DNA of 64,000 nucleotides from Felis catus (lineage: Eukaryota): NCBI RefSeq assembly GCF_018350175.1, contig NC_058368.1:66590001-66654000 (forward strand), given 5' to 3'. Every line of letters begins with the position of its first letter. Within the stretch, counting starts at the first letter, position 1. The notes beneath the pieces are model-generated. The model was not told the origin of the DNA. It worked only from the letters and a program-made list of their open reading frames with translations, and searched no databases. The translations under genes and the position numbers were made by a program. Positions 13,513-27,285 of this stretch are shown piece by piece.

Positions 13513-13545
13513 CTGCAGTGTACGTGGTGGCCGCCTGGTGGCACA
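13513..13545 (+). promoter_or_regulatory. CTCF site with core and upstream motif, GPR180 intron 5
   Basis: CTGCAGT at 13513 followed by TGGCCGCCTGGTGGCAC; TGCAG-to-core-CC offset of 17 nt matches the canonical upstream-motif spacing. Confidence 0.65.
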
Positions 13546-13856
13546 TCGCACCAGGGCACGGATCATTTCGTTTCGTTTGTCTCCCGGACTCAACATCACC
13601 GAATGCTACAGCAGCCGTGCATTTTGTTGTCATGGCTAGTTCTTGCTAACAGTTTGAGAAAATAAGTTCACACTGTGTAGTTCAGCCATCAAAAAAAAAA
13701 ATTAACAACCTGGAACTGAAGACACTAGTACGCCCCACATGGCAGAAATTACATTTAAAATGTGTTTATTTTAATAAGCAGTAAGTTACAGAGAACAGTA
13801 TTATGTAGTTAGAAAAATTAAGAAAAACGGGAAACACAAAGATTTGAAGTTAGTCT

Positions 13857-13939
13857 TTTTTTTTAATATGAAATTTATTTAAAAAAAAAAGAAATTTATT
13901 GTCAAATTGGTTTCCATACAACACCCAGTGCTCATCCCA
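13857..13939 (-). mobile_element. Very short 5'-truncated young felid L1 (L1_Fc-like 3' end) with perfect target-site duplication (TSD)
   Basis: Reverse complement reads tgggatgagcactgggtgttgtatggaaaccaatttgacaataaattt...polyA; flanked by AAGTTAGTCTT at 13847 and 13940. Confidence 0.85.
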
Positions 13940-14049
13940 AAGTTAGTCTTAATAGAGATGTATAGAGAAAGAGAGAGAAAGAATATTGCCGTTAATAAGA
14001 ACTTAAAGGCAAAATTTTAATTGTTAGAGTTCGACGTGGATATCTCTAA

Positions 14050-14439
<390 letters not shown>

Positions 14440-15621
14440 TGAGCAATTTGTCACTTTAAAGTCTTTTCATCTTCTGAGTGCTGGTATAGATTGCAGAATG
14501 TAATTGTAATTTATCTGAATTTGAGATTTCTCTCAGCTTATTCAAGTGCAGAATGCTTACTATTAGGTTAGATTCTCATTTCCTTCTTAATAGCTTTCTT
14601 TTATATTTTCTAACACACATAGTAAGTATTCAACATTTTAAATGAGTGAATCAATGAATCTGAGATTCATCCATAGGCATGGATCTTTAGGTCCAGTTCT
14701 GCTACTTTATACATGAAACAATTCAAGTGAATATCTGAGATTAATGAAAAAGCAATTTACAGAATGAGAAAGAATGGGATCTAGTTTTTGAGAACAAATG
14801 CAAAAACAAATATAGTCCTCTTAGCCCTTTTTTTGTTTGTTTTCTCTTATTCTCAGATCTCAATATGCTTATATGCAATGGAGTTTATAAAAATTACAAA
14901 GAAAGGTATAAACAAAAATTTATACTGAGTTCATGACCACCATTAGCTATAGATGAAAATGAAATTTACACCTGGGCTCTGCAGAGGACATTATAGTCTA
15001 AGTTTTAATGCATTAAATAAATTGAAAATTTCATTAATGAAGGATAAGACCTGTGCTTTATTCATCTTTATACTCATAGTATTTATTTAGTATAGGTGTT
15101 GAGTGAAATACGTGTATTGAATTTCATGATTGATTTAGAAAGAGACCATATGACAGGTGGTAATATATATAAAGGAAATAATGCCTTTCTCAGGCATTAG
15201 ATGGAAAGGCTAATGACAACTGAATTAGAAATGATAAGTATAAGGGCAAGATTCTACCAAGTTAATGTTTTTGATCTAGGGCTTATGGAGACTAGTGTAC
15301 ATATCAGGCTAAATTCTCATTTCTCAATAAAGAGCTTTTTTAAAAACTGAATTTTCATGATTTCCTTATAATGTTAATTCATTATCATAGACAAATAGGA
15401 ATTGAGAACTGAGATTATGACACTTCTCTAGAGTTTATGTCAGCGTTTATGACGAATACATGACACATGACCCTGGTCCTCAACCAGCCAGACAGGGAAG
15501 GTGAATGAGACTACATAAGTACAAATACACATGTATATTCCACAAGTCACATGCTAGTATACATATCTGAAACTGTGGGGTTTGAGGATGTAAAAATGCG
15601 AATCATGGGAAATAATAGTTC

Positions 15622-15770
15622 TTTTTTGTTGGTTTTCTTTGGGGTTAATTAACAAATAGAAATTGTACATTTTTAAGACATACAACTTGATGTTTTGATA
15701 TATGTATGCATTTTGAAATGATCACCAAAATCAGGCTAGTTAACATATCCATCACCTCACATAGATACCA
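15622..15770 (-). mobile_element. L1MA-type 3' end, antisense
   Basis: T-rich tail then aattgtacatttttaag...tacaac..gatgttttgatatatgtat...atgatcacca...agttaacatatccatcacctcacatag. Confidence 0.75.
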
Positions 15771-16840
15771 GGAGATAGTAGTTTACAATAGGACTTCTTT
15801 TTGTACAAGTTAAGTTTAGAAATGCAGGTTGGGGAATCATATGGGTATAGTAATTTGGTGGAGTGAAGAAATAACACTTCAGTCATGGAGAGCACATCTT
15901 CACCCTAAGAAGGAAATGTAGGTGTGGGGGATGACAGAGAAATTCAGCTGTCAAGCGTGGAAGCAGGAAGATTTCAGAATGAGAAGAGGAAGGGGTTTCT
16001 GACAAACCCCATAAAGTCTAAGAATTGGATTTAATAACTGAATTTTGATCTAAATTCTTTGGAAGCCACTGAAGACCACTCTAAGGGCCGAGCTGGCAAA
16101 TCAAAGAAACACGGGGGACCCCTGACATGTGTGATGGCAAAAATATTATAATAGCTTGTGATCAGTGTTTAGAAAAGATGGAGGGAAAGTGATTTCTACA
16201 AAAGAGCAAAACACAGAACAGCTAATGAGGAACTTGGTGAGCTTTTTTTTTTACTGTAACAGTAACCATACGGGAGGAAAAAAGTCAACAAACAAATGGA
16301 TAAGTAACGATGCTGGTCATCTGAGAATAGCCTGGCTGCTTCCAGTGAATATAAAAAATGTACCCTCCTTTACCCTGAGAGGTTACATCTGAAATCAACA
16401 GCTCCGACTCATTCACTTCTGGATTACAGAAGATACTGACATGTTTCAAAGTCACCCTGATACAATGGTGCTTGAATACAGGGCAGTTTGATTCTTCATA
16501 TAGTGTGGAAGGAAGAAAGATTTAGAAGAAAGTTCAGATTTCTACTCTTAACCTTTTCAACTTATTTTCATCCTTAAAGATATCTTGTATCGGGGTAACA
16601 TTCACATTTTTTATTTTCTGTATGTTGGTCTCATTCAATAAAAATCCCTTTTCTCTGCTGTAGGGTAGGGTATCAGGGGGGTAAAGTCTGTGCTGGGTGT
16701 CTGTGTTTTATTAACAACCTTTATGGTGTGATAAGTCTTAGAACCTCTTAGGAATATTTATATATGCTTTAAGGAGGTGTTTAAAAAGCAAGTACTCTAC
16801 TTATAAGTAGACATGATTTTTTTTCTCTCTCTAAATGTAA

Positions 16841-17077
<237 letters not shown>

Positions 17078-17134
17078 TGATTATCAGCTTTGTTCTACTT
17101 TTTGGGGGAAGTTAAGCAACCCCATGTTAATATT

Positions 17135-17242
17135 GGTTAAGCTTGTATTCTGTGCCAAAGCACTGAGATACGCCCTTTATGTGCCCCAGCTCATCTAATC
17201 TTCACAACCTGTGAGATGTAGGTATTATCCCATTTTACAGAA
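17135..17242 (-). mobile_element. MIR SINE fragment
   Basis: ctcatctaatcttcacaacctgtgagatgtaggtattatcccattttacaga. Confidence 0.7.
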
Positions 17243-18898
17243 CCCTTGCGATAGTAGTTTCCATGTAATCTTAGGTCAGTTTGCCTATGTCATGATTTCT
17301 TTGTCAATAGGAATTCTACACTCTTTTTCCGTATCAGAGTTTTTTAAAAATTACATTAGAATACAGCTTACATTTCTCAAAAAACAGTTATTAACTATGA
17401 ACTGTTCACATGCAGAGTTATGCAGTCTTTTCTAACAAGCCGTAAGGAGCTCTCAGCAAAAGCAGATGAAGCAGGAGCCTGGGGACATAGTATGTTTCAG
17501 CCATTTCACTGCCTCCCAAGGAGGTCATGTTTACTTTATTACTTCTGTGTCCCTTACCCTCGTGGGATCTAAAAGCAAATTTGATTTTTTTTTTCTCTAC
17601 CCGTTTAACAAAGGAAAAAATGAGAGAAGTTGGGGCAGCAACGCTGTAGGAGTCTACCTCCTAGAGAGTTCTGTTTTTCGGTCAGATTGACAGAATCCGT
17701 ACACCTTCCTCTTGGCAACCCAGAACGGTATTCGGATAAGCTGTTTAGTCTGCCCGCCCGAGTCCACAGGGCTCAGCGTCCATTCCGAGGTGGCTGTGGA
17801 AGTAGGGCCAAATTCCTCAATCCCAGTGTTCAGCATCTTAAAGCTGCTGTTGCAGCCGCAGGAACCCACGTCAGCTTTCTGAGTGCCAAACGGGCAAAAA
17901 AACACGTCACTTTGCTTTTGAATTTGTCACAGGGATGGATGGGTTTGCGTATTGTTTGAAAAGTTAATATATGTTTAAGGGCGTTTAAAACTAAATTTCC
18001 TCTTTCATTCTATATTTAAGATAGTAACAAACTTTTTCTTAAAAAATTTTTATATGTTTTAACTTTTTGAATGGGTTCAAACATCTGAAAGTGTTTAAAG
18101 AGCAGTTTTTTGTTTTTTTTTTTTTTACCTCTCGTCTGTCTATCCAGTTATTATCTCCTCCTATAATCACTGCTATCAATTCCTGACTTACCCTCCTAGA
18201 GAACTTTAAACATGTATGTATTCCTGTGTATTTCCCTCCGTATTTACACGAACAGTAGTATACTAAACACTTTTTTTTACATCTTGTTTTTTCCCTTCTC
18301 TTCAGTATACCAGGCGTCTCAACAGCTCCTATTATTAACTTATTATTTCACTTAACATTTAATTTTGGAAGATAGAATACATTGCCGTGGTTCTAGGGAA
18401 GATAGAAAAAGATGCTTGAAAAGTATAATGTTAAAAAGTTTCCCATCCTTCCTTGCCCAGTTCCGCTGTCCTGTGTACTAGCTCACAAATGGGCAAGCAC
18501 TGTCAGTGCTTTGGCATTCTTACAGAATCTCTTCCTGTATCTACATGCGAATACGAATGCATGGTCTTACTTTTTTCCTTTTACAGAAATAGTACACGTT
18601 TGTACTTTGCTTTTCTCAATGTTTGATGTTGCTTATATTCATGAATTTTCATGGTTAAATATATAACATAGTGTACAGTATTAAGTATATTAAAATGTGT
18701 ACATATAAGAGATGTACAAATACAAAATTTTAAATACCCACGTGATTAGAAACAAAATGTTACCCTAGCAGCATCAAATTTATTTTTTATATTTAGAGTA
18801 GCAAGCTCTACTCTGAAGATCAATTGAGGTCAATCAGGACCTCCTAAATATGCTAGTAATGTTACTCTGAAAATAAAGATACAGCTGCATGCATTTGA

Positions 18899-19030
<132 letters not shown>

Positions 19031-19103
19031 TAGTGTTTATTGGGAAATTATTAAAGGTGAAAAGGCCTATTTTTTTCCATTTAGAGGTTTTTTTGAGCTT
19101 TTT

Positions 19104-19340
19104 ATGTATTTTATTTTATTTTTAATTTTTTTAAGCTCTATTTTATTTTTGAGAGAGACAGAGTGCAAGCAGGGGAGAGGCAGAGAGAGAGGGAGACACA
19201 GAATCCAAAGCAGGTTCCAGGCTCTGAGCTGGATGGGACTCTCAGCACAGAGTCCCGTGTGGGGCTCAAACCCATGAACCACAAGCTCATGACCAGAGCC
19301 GAAGTTGGACGCTTAACCCACTGAGCCACCCAGGCGCCAC
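19104..19340 (-). mobile_element. Can-SINE (SINEC_Fc-like), antisense in intron 8
   Basis: T tail, (GA)n, ...cttaacccactgagccacccaggcgcc; degenerate TSD ttgagcttttt / ttgaactcttt. Confidence 0.92.
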
Positions 19341-20107
19341 ATTGAACTCTTTAAAATAAAGCTTTGAAACAAAATATTGAACTGGCGGGTATATAAATTA
19401 GAACTTTAAGTGTAAAAGAAAAATGTTTAATTTAGTTAATAAAAAATGATAAAAATAGCTTTTGTTAATTTTAATCTATTTCATAATACTATTTTATAAA
19501 TGAGGCGATTCATAATCCGTCGTTGTTAGGAAAAATTGATTAAGATGTTTTACAGCATAGTGGAAAAATCAAAATAGATTTAAAAAATCAGTCTAGTTGC
19601 TTTAACAGACTGCAGACTGCAATGCCACGCTCAAGTGTGCCACCATTTTCATTGTGCTGAAACCCACCTTCTTAGGTAAACGACTCCATCATTTCAAAGT
19701 GTTCTGCTGGGTACCTTTTACAAGCAATGCAGTCTGTGCTTGAACACACGGATGTTTCTTAAACCTGAGGTGTTTACAAGGAGTAAATAGATAGGAAGGT
19801 AGTCTACAAAAATAAAGAAGCAACTTGAGAATTTCTGAAAGGGCTTTTAGAGTACTCTTCAAGATTCAGGTCCCTACCTGAATCATGCTTTATTCTCATT
19901 ACTAGATTATCCAGGAAGCTGATTTTTCGGATCTCTTCCTGTGGTGTGTGCACCCTGAGGAGAGAATGGGTTAGTAAATTGAGTGTGTTTATAAACTGTT
20001 AAATAAGTTTTGCCTTGAACAGTTACAGTTCTGAACATTGGTCATTATTTTCCTACTGAAAATTTCTTTGATAAAATGTACCCATGTTAAAGATGGAGGA
20101 GTAGTTT

Positions 20108-20108
20108 A

Positions 20109-20159
<51 letters not shown>
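20108..20159. repeat. (TG)n(TA)n compound microsatellite about 100 nt upstream of the last exon
   Basis: Directly visible. Confidence 0.95.
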
Positions 20160-20161
<2 letters not shown>

Positions 20162-20177
20162 ATGTATGTAAATATAA

Positions 20178-20417
<240 letters not shown>

Positions 20418-22400
20418 TACTTGATTTTCTTTAAAGGAAAAGTGAATTGATTTGAGAGTGCAATAAGGATCCAAATGCAGTGACTTTTCTTTCATACTTG
20501 TGGTATGGAAAATTGAACAAAGAAGGCCGAGCATGTTATTTATACAACTGCATTGAAGCAGTATCAAACTGAAAAAAGGTAATAAATGTTTTGAAATATG
20601 CTTAATAAACTTTGAAGAAAGAGTGTTGTTATAAGGTGATTTATGCAATTTCTCTGTGGAAATTAAGATGAAAAAGAATTATATGATATTTTGGTAAGAG
20701 ATTCACCACTTACAATGCCTCGTCTCATATCAATAGTTAACTCAGGTTTGATAGTCTCGTGAAAAGTAATCAGTTAAATGATTACTTGCTTATACATATC
20801 TAACTCCAGTTACAAAGTCAGTGTAATACACTGATTTAAAACTGCTTCTTTTTATGCTTTGAGGAAAATGCATTTCGTATTGGAGTTTAAAGGAATCGAA
20901 AATGAAATTACTTCAGAATGTGAATATAAAGTATATTTATAGCTAAATGAATAAGCTTTTGTTTATTTGTGTGTGGGGTTCTTCTCCATTTTCTTCTATC
21001 ACTTCTGGCTCTAGTTCAGGTTCTAGCTTGATTAGCAAAGGGTTTCTGACAGATAATTTATGAAAAATAACACTTAGATACATTACATAGGTTATTCGTT
21101 ACAAAGAGTTCTCAAATGTAAGCACTTAGGTGAAGAGACAAACAGGGTTCTATGTTTAAAAAGAAAGAAGGAAAAAGTACTATGTGATAGGTACTAAAAT
21201 TTTAATCCTGATATAATTCATTTCTCTTACATTGAATCCCCAATCATAATTAAGCCGTATACACAGATTAAATTAACAGAAGCATTTCACATAAATGTTG
21301 GTTTCAGTCATCAACTACCCATGAATTCCTGCCCAAGGATACTTAATCAGGATTAAATTTTCTATGAATAATTGAAAAACAAAATACTCACTGGATTTGT
21401 TATAATCCGTGTTGGCACTGGATTCTAAGTAGTTGCCATCTTGAATCCTTTGTAATAAAGCCATATTTTTTTGTGTATGTGATGCCCCAGTATTGAGTAT
21501 GCTAGCTGCAAAACACTCTATCAAGTGCCTGTTTAAAGAACTGCTAAATGGTTGTCAATACCTGCTGTATAAAATGAGTATTCCCATTAGTAGTCACTGA
21601 TTGGAAAGGATTCTGTTTCTGTGTGTCATGTCATTCAGACCTTTTCATTTTCACATCTGGCTTTAAAAAAAATATTCTTTATCAACTGTCAAAGGTATTA
21701 CATTTTTAAGCAAGAAATGGTGCACTGATCTGGTAATTAAAGTTTTTAATTAAGTAGTTAACGTAGCGTAACTTTAATATATCTATGGCTTCGTCTTTGT
21801 TTTTACCTGACACCTAGTCTCATTGGAAATGAACAGTATTCTGTTTCATTTTAAAGGCAAGATGCATAGGGTCTTGAGCAGCAAACTGGCAGAATGGCAG
21901 AGGTCAGCCTGCTCATTAAATCATTTTCCTAACAGTTCTCTGTAAATTATCTAATAAATGAGGGCTGCAGGTTACCACTAGAAAGTCCGAAGTATATTTT
22001 AGGTTTACGTGATCTGCTGTGGGGTCACAACCTTTTCTTTTAGCCCGTCTCGCTCATAACCCCGGTTTCTGTCTGTCGCGTTCGACTGAGGTGCAGTTAA
22101 TTAAGCAGGACAAAAAGGTGAAGTCTTTTCCTAAGTGTTGTGAACTTGCAACCGTGGAAAGGGAGTAACTTTTCTGTTGCTTACGCAGAGATCACAGAAA
22201 CTGTAATCCGAATATATGAAATATGTTGTTGTGCTTGCATATATGAAACTTTAACAGGTCTTTTTTTACTTTAAGTATCTTTTAATTTATGGTTGAATTG
22301 TTGATAATTTATTTTGTTATTCAGGAGCCATTGTTAAATGAAGGAAAACAGTTGTTAATAATTAACACATAACACCTAAGACACTGTTAATAAATCTAGT
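20418..22400 (+). other. GPR180: GPR180 3' UTR (end uncertain) with several AATAAA signals
   Basis: AT-rich and repeat-free after the stop; AATAAA at 20581, 20604, 21454, 21953 and 22389. Confidence 0.55.
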
Positions 22401-23744
22401 AATCAGAGCTCAGAATTTATAGTCCGTAAGTCGTGGCACAGCATCGTTCTTCTCTTGCTGGATGTTTGCAGGAGACCTGTCAGCGCCGAGCATGGAAGGA
22501 TAGACTGCAAACTCTCCTTAAGATCAAAACTGCTCTACTTTTCTTTCTGACAGATCATGCTTTCCTAAATCTGTGTTTACATTTTTTTCTTAAAGAAGAT
22601 GAGTATGTCCAGAGCTTTTTTTTTTCCTTTTTTTTTTTCCATTTTTTTCCACTTTATTTCTTCCTTTAGGAGGGTAAAGAAAATATTTACTTCTGTTGAC
22701 ACGTGTAACAATACTAGCTCCTACTTAACTGAATGTCTGCTGTGCGTCAGGCCCCTTATCTTCGTCACTGAGCCCTACCGTGCTGGCAGAGCTCCCCTTC
22801 AACTGCGTGTGAGAGAGAATAAATGAGTTCTCTAAAGGCACCTGACTTCTCTTTCATTTCTCTACTTCACCCTCATGATTTAATGAGCACCTATTAGGTG
22901 TGTATGTTTTCAGTGAGAATGCGTGGCTATCCATAGTTAATTTTGGCTGTTGATTTTAACATTAAACCTGAAATTGTACTGAGGTCAGAAGTGAGGTTTC
23001 ACGTGTAAGTGTGCACTGAGCACACTTCAGTATTTGAACCTTGGCTTTCAGCTAGAGGCAAAAGAGCTTGTTTTAGGAAGGCTGTCTGTGGTCTCAACTT
23101 GTAGGCTAAGTCTACTGAAACTAGAAGATTGGCAAGTCCAAGGCCAGCTGTGATGTAGTGAGACTAGAACACATGCATCAACATGAGCCCTGGCCCCTTC
23201 AGCACGTTACCCTGAGGAGGCAGTGCCGATTCTCGGGAAATTCTTAGGAAATCCAGAATTATTTGTGTAACATTCTATTTAAATAGCTTCAGTGGTGTCA
23301 GATCTTCAAGATTTTTGTTTGTTTTGAGAAGTAATATAACCAATCAATTTGAGACCAGATCTAAAAAGGTAATACCATTTTTGGTACCAACATGAATTCT
23401 TGAGTTGAGACTAAAATGACAAAATTGGTTTTCCTGTGAAATCTGAAAAGCAGTGTGGAAGCACACTGGCCTGAACTCTTGAATAGTTCTTGAAGGAACA
23501 TTGCTGCTTCCACACTCCGGCAGCCTTTTCTGCACGTCTCCCAGGACATCGTGCACAGCGTCCTCTAGGAGTGTGGCTTACATAGAAAACCAGGAGATCT
23601 GGAGGAGTCCTAGAGAGAAGTGGCCCTGCCCGCCAAAGCCCATTCTCTGCACAGTGAAGGGAAATCAGTTGGATGATAGAATTCTTTGTGCTAATCTTAG
23701 GCCTTTTTTTAAGTTCGAAATTATTTTAAAACAGAGTTTAAAAT

Positions 23745-24080
23745 GATAAATCAGACCAGACTACTACTGGCTTGTCAAAAACTCTCCATTTGCTTTCCTT
23801 TGCACTTAGAAAAAAGTGATCCATGCTCATTACCGTATTCTACAAGGACCCATGTGAACTGATCCCTGCCTCTCTGACCTCATTTCATACCACTCTCCCT
23901 CTCACCATACTCCAACCCCATCACCAAAAAATACCGTGTTTGTATCGCTGCCTCAGGGCCTTTGCAGTAACTATTTCTGCCTGTAATACTCTCTTCCAAA
24001 TCTTGGCATTGGCTGTGTGGCTGAATCCTCCTTGCCCTCCAGGTTCTCAGCTCAAATATCTTTCAGAGACCTCTGACCAT
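23745..24080 (+). mobile_element. L2 LINE fragment (5' part, interrupted by an LTR)
   Basis: gcacttagaaaaaa...ctacaaggaccc...ccctgcctctctgacctcattt...tgcctcagggcctttgca...tctcagctcaaatatc. Confidence 0.65.
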
Positions 24081-24081
24081 C

Positions 24082-24705
24082 GGTAGTGGCTTTATGTGGT
24101 GCCAGTATAGCTAAGCTGGAGATATGTTCCTCTTAATTCTCCCTGCATAATTTTAGGATCGTGTGGGTCACAAGAGATGTGTGGTGTGAGATTCAGAAGG
24201 CAGAAGTTAAGTAGCCAGATCCAGATTTCTATAATTGAAAGGTCCAAGCAGGGCACGCGTTGTTGTGGCTTACCCACATTATTGCGTATCTGCTGGCTTA
24301 TCTTTTTGGTCTGTGGGCCAACAACCAGGCATGCAGAAACGCCAGCTCCTGCTGGATCACCTCCTTTACTTTCTCTGACTCCTCGGCCAGGTGTGTGTTT
24401 CATTCTGTGACAGAGGGTGCCAGGTTCTGCAGCACAACCCTGTCATTGAGGTTGGAGGCTTGGAGGCAGTGGGAGACTGGCATGGGTTCCACTGAGTCCC
24501 CGTGGGTTCTGCTCTCCTCTCCTGGCAGCTCCCAGTATGTTCTCGCTTCCCCCGCTTCACATCCGTCCCCCCTTCCCTTTTTGTGGCCTCCCTGTCACAA
24601 AAGAACAGCCTCCTATAATCCCTATTACAAATCCTTTCTTTTATATATTAAAAATGGTGTGTGAGTGATACCTTAGTGGTTCTTCTCTGATCAGATGCTG
24701 AGAGG
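24082..24705 (+). mobile_element. ERVL-class solo LTR (LTR41-like) inserted into L2
   Basis: tagtggcttt...gctaagctgga...gggtcacaagaga...gtgagattcagaaggcagaagt resembles the LTR41 5' end; L2 resumes afterwards. Confidence 0.5.
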
Positions 24706-24734
24706 TCATCCGAACAGATGCTACCCCATCCGGA

Positions 24735-24927
24735 TTGCTCTGTCACATTTCCCCTTTTCTGGTTAAACTTCCCACTTTATCTTTGCCTGTTGGCCTCTCA
24801 CCCCAATTAGAATGTAAATTCTAAGGGAGTCTGGCCATCGTCTGGATTGTTCACTGCTGTATCCCTAGCACCTAGAGCATTCCCTGGTGCACACGAGATG
24901 CTCAAAAATGTTTCTTGAATTAATGAA
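24735..24927 (+). mobile_element. L2 3' end
   Basis: tagaatgtaaattc...ttgttcactgctgtatccctagcacctagagca...gctcaaaaatgtttcttgaattaatgaa. Confidence 0.8.
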
Positions 24928-25944
24928 AGCAATTTTGAAAAAGTTTCAGACATGCACTTAGCAATATGGCATGAATTAAATCATAGAACCTCCCATAATG
25001 ACTTAATGCCTTCCTTGCCTGTTCTTCATTTAATTACATGGAACCAAGAATGTGTACAAATCTTGCATAGCCAAGTAGTTGTTCTGAAGTTTAATCTCTA
25101 AAACTCATCAGTTATGAGAGGCTTCCTCAAGTTGTCAAAGAGGCAGTTTCTCTCTATTTTATATAGTATTGGAACTATGTGCCTTGTTTCTCAGACCACT
25201 ACAACTAAAAGCACCAATTTAAAAGAAGTTTGAGTCAACTAGAGGAAGAAGGTTGATGGCAGTGAGAAGTAGCTGGGAGAAATCGGAAAAACTAAAAATG
25301 GCACTAACTCAAATCACAGGAGCCTGGGGTCATGCAGTGTGGGTGAAAACAGCCCTGTGGCCTGAATAGACCCTTAGGGCTTCGTTGTTCAGTATAACTT
25401 CCGACAATGGCTCTTAGTAATCAAAGATTAAATTACATGTAATGTTCAGTATCCTCAGAGAAATGTGCAAATACATTGTGATGTTTTATTCTTGTTAAGT
25501 AGGTATTATGTGCATAATTGTGCAAAAATCAGAAGGTTGAAAGGGTAAAAAATTAAGTCAGCCATTTCCCTTCCATTGATCCACACTCTGCTATCAGTTT
25601 CTTGTTTATTTTTCTGGATGGACTCATGTGTATATAAACACGCACATATATATGAAACACAAATGGTACTATAGTATACCGTACACAATGTTTTGCATAT
25701 TCAGCAGTTTATTCTGTGTCCTTACCTACAGAATTGCCCCATTTTCTTCATTCGTTGCATAGAACCCCATTATATGGGTATATTTTAATTTTTTTAAATC
25801 AGTCCTTTGCCACTGGACAGTGTTAGTTTCCACTCTTTTGCTATTACAAGTAGCTTCTAAACACTTGGAATAAAATAAAATGGATAAAAAATATGCCTCT
25901 TCCCCTCTTCCCAGCACTACAGCCCCCCTCCCCTTTCCAGGATC

Positions 25945-26228
25945 TAAATCCTTGGAAGTTCCGGAGTGAATGAAGTGTCTTTGTTATTCATGGTGGAACC
26001 TGATAGTTCATGCTAATGAGATGACTCAGGATGAAGGCTAGCCACACCCAAAATACCAACCATGTGATTAGAGAGTTGGGGCTTTGGGGCACAGTGATAA
26101 CAGCCTGACCTCTGGGGTGGGAAGGACTGGAGAGATTAAATTCAGCCTTGTGGCCAATGATTCAGTTGGCTATGCCTATGTAATAAAGCCCAACAAAAAC
26201 CCGACACCAAGCCCAGGTGAGCTTTTTT
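25945..26228 (+). mobile_element. MER21-like LTR fragment
   Basis: ccttggaa...tgctaatgagatgactc...accaaccatgtgattagagagttggggcttt...gtggccaatgatt...atgcctatgtaat...aggtgagctt. Confidence 0.6.
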
Positions 26229-26259
26229 GGTTTTTGTTTTGTTTAATACAGTGGAATTC

Positions 26260-27285
26260 TCAATTTTTTTATGGCTTCTGTGTTCTTCTTATGTCACAGA
26301 TAGAAAAGCATTACCTCTTTGAAATTATGTTTCAGTTGTCCATATTTTCTAGTAGATTTACATTTTTATCTATTTAAAGTTTTGATTCACCTAGAATTTA
26401 TTTTGCTATAAAATATAAGCTAGGGATCCAACTTAATTTTTTTCAGATGGTTGCCCTCTTTTACAACATCATATATTGTGTAATCTACCTTCTCTTTACT
26501 GATTTGTTGCTAGTCTATTTCTGGGCTTAAGGCTATTTCAGTGAACTGTTTGATCCATGATCTAAAACTGCACTATTTTAATTATTGTAGCTTTAAAATA
26601 TGCCATATTGTCTGGTGGGGAGATTTACCTGTTAGTGCTCTTCTTTGTTATAATTTTTATGATTATACCTACCACTTCTTTCATAATGAACTTTAGAATC
26701 AATTTTTCTGATTTTTAAAAGAAAAATCTTGTTTACTATTTCTAGTGGGATGAACTAAATTCCTATATCAAATTAGGGAGAAACGACTTCATTAACATGT
26801 TGGATATTAATCCCACAGATGGTTGCTCATCTTTTTGGCTCCTTAGCCAAGCATTTCATTAACTGTGTGAACCTGTGATTGCTCTCATAGTGATCCAAGA
26901 AAGTGGTATGAAATACTTTTCTATTTGTTTAATGTGAACATGTGTTTGCCAATCACTTTTAAAGGACTTCTTTATATAGATCTTGTACATTTCATTATAC
27001 CCCTTGGATATTTGAGTGTTTTCTTTCATTCTGTCTTGCAAATGGCTGTTGTTTTACACATGAAGTGTGTTAATTTCTGTATTTTAATTTTGCTCCCAAT
27101 TCTAACTGAATTATAATAATTGTAATAATTTTCTAGTTGGTTCTCTTGTATTTTCTAGGCAAACAGTTGTGTCATTTGCATATAATGATCATATTCTTTC
27201 TCTCCTTTCCCTTTTTTACCTCTCATTTTTACCCCCTTATTGCTAGTATCTTCAAAACAGGGTTAATTGGTTTTGGTAACATGGC
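26260..27285 (-). mobile_element. Old L1ME-type fragment, antisense
   Basis: ttttaattattgtagcttta, gaactttagaatcaattt, aaattagggagaaacgac, ttttctagttggttctctt. Confidence 0.65.

Noticed and set aside
17630..17959. GC-raised patch and 109-aa ORF in intron 7
   Set aside because: No splice signals or recognisable homology that I can support; could be regulatory but the evidence is insufficient
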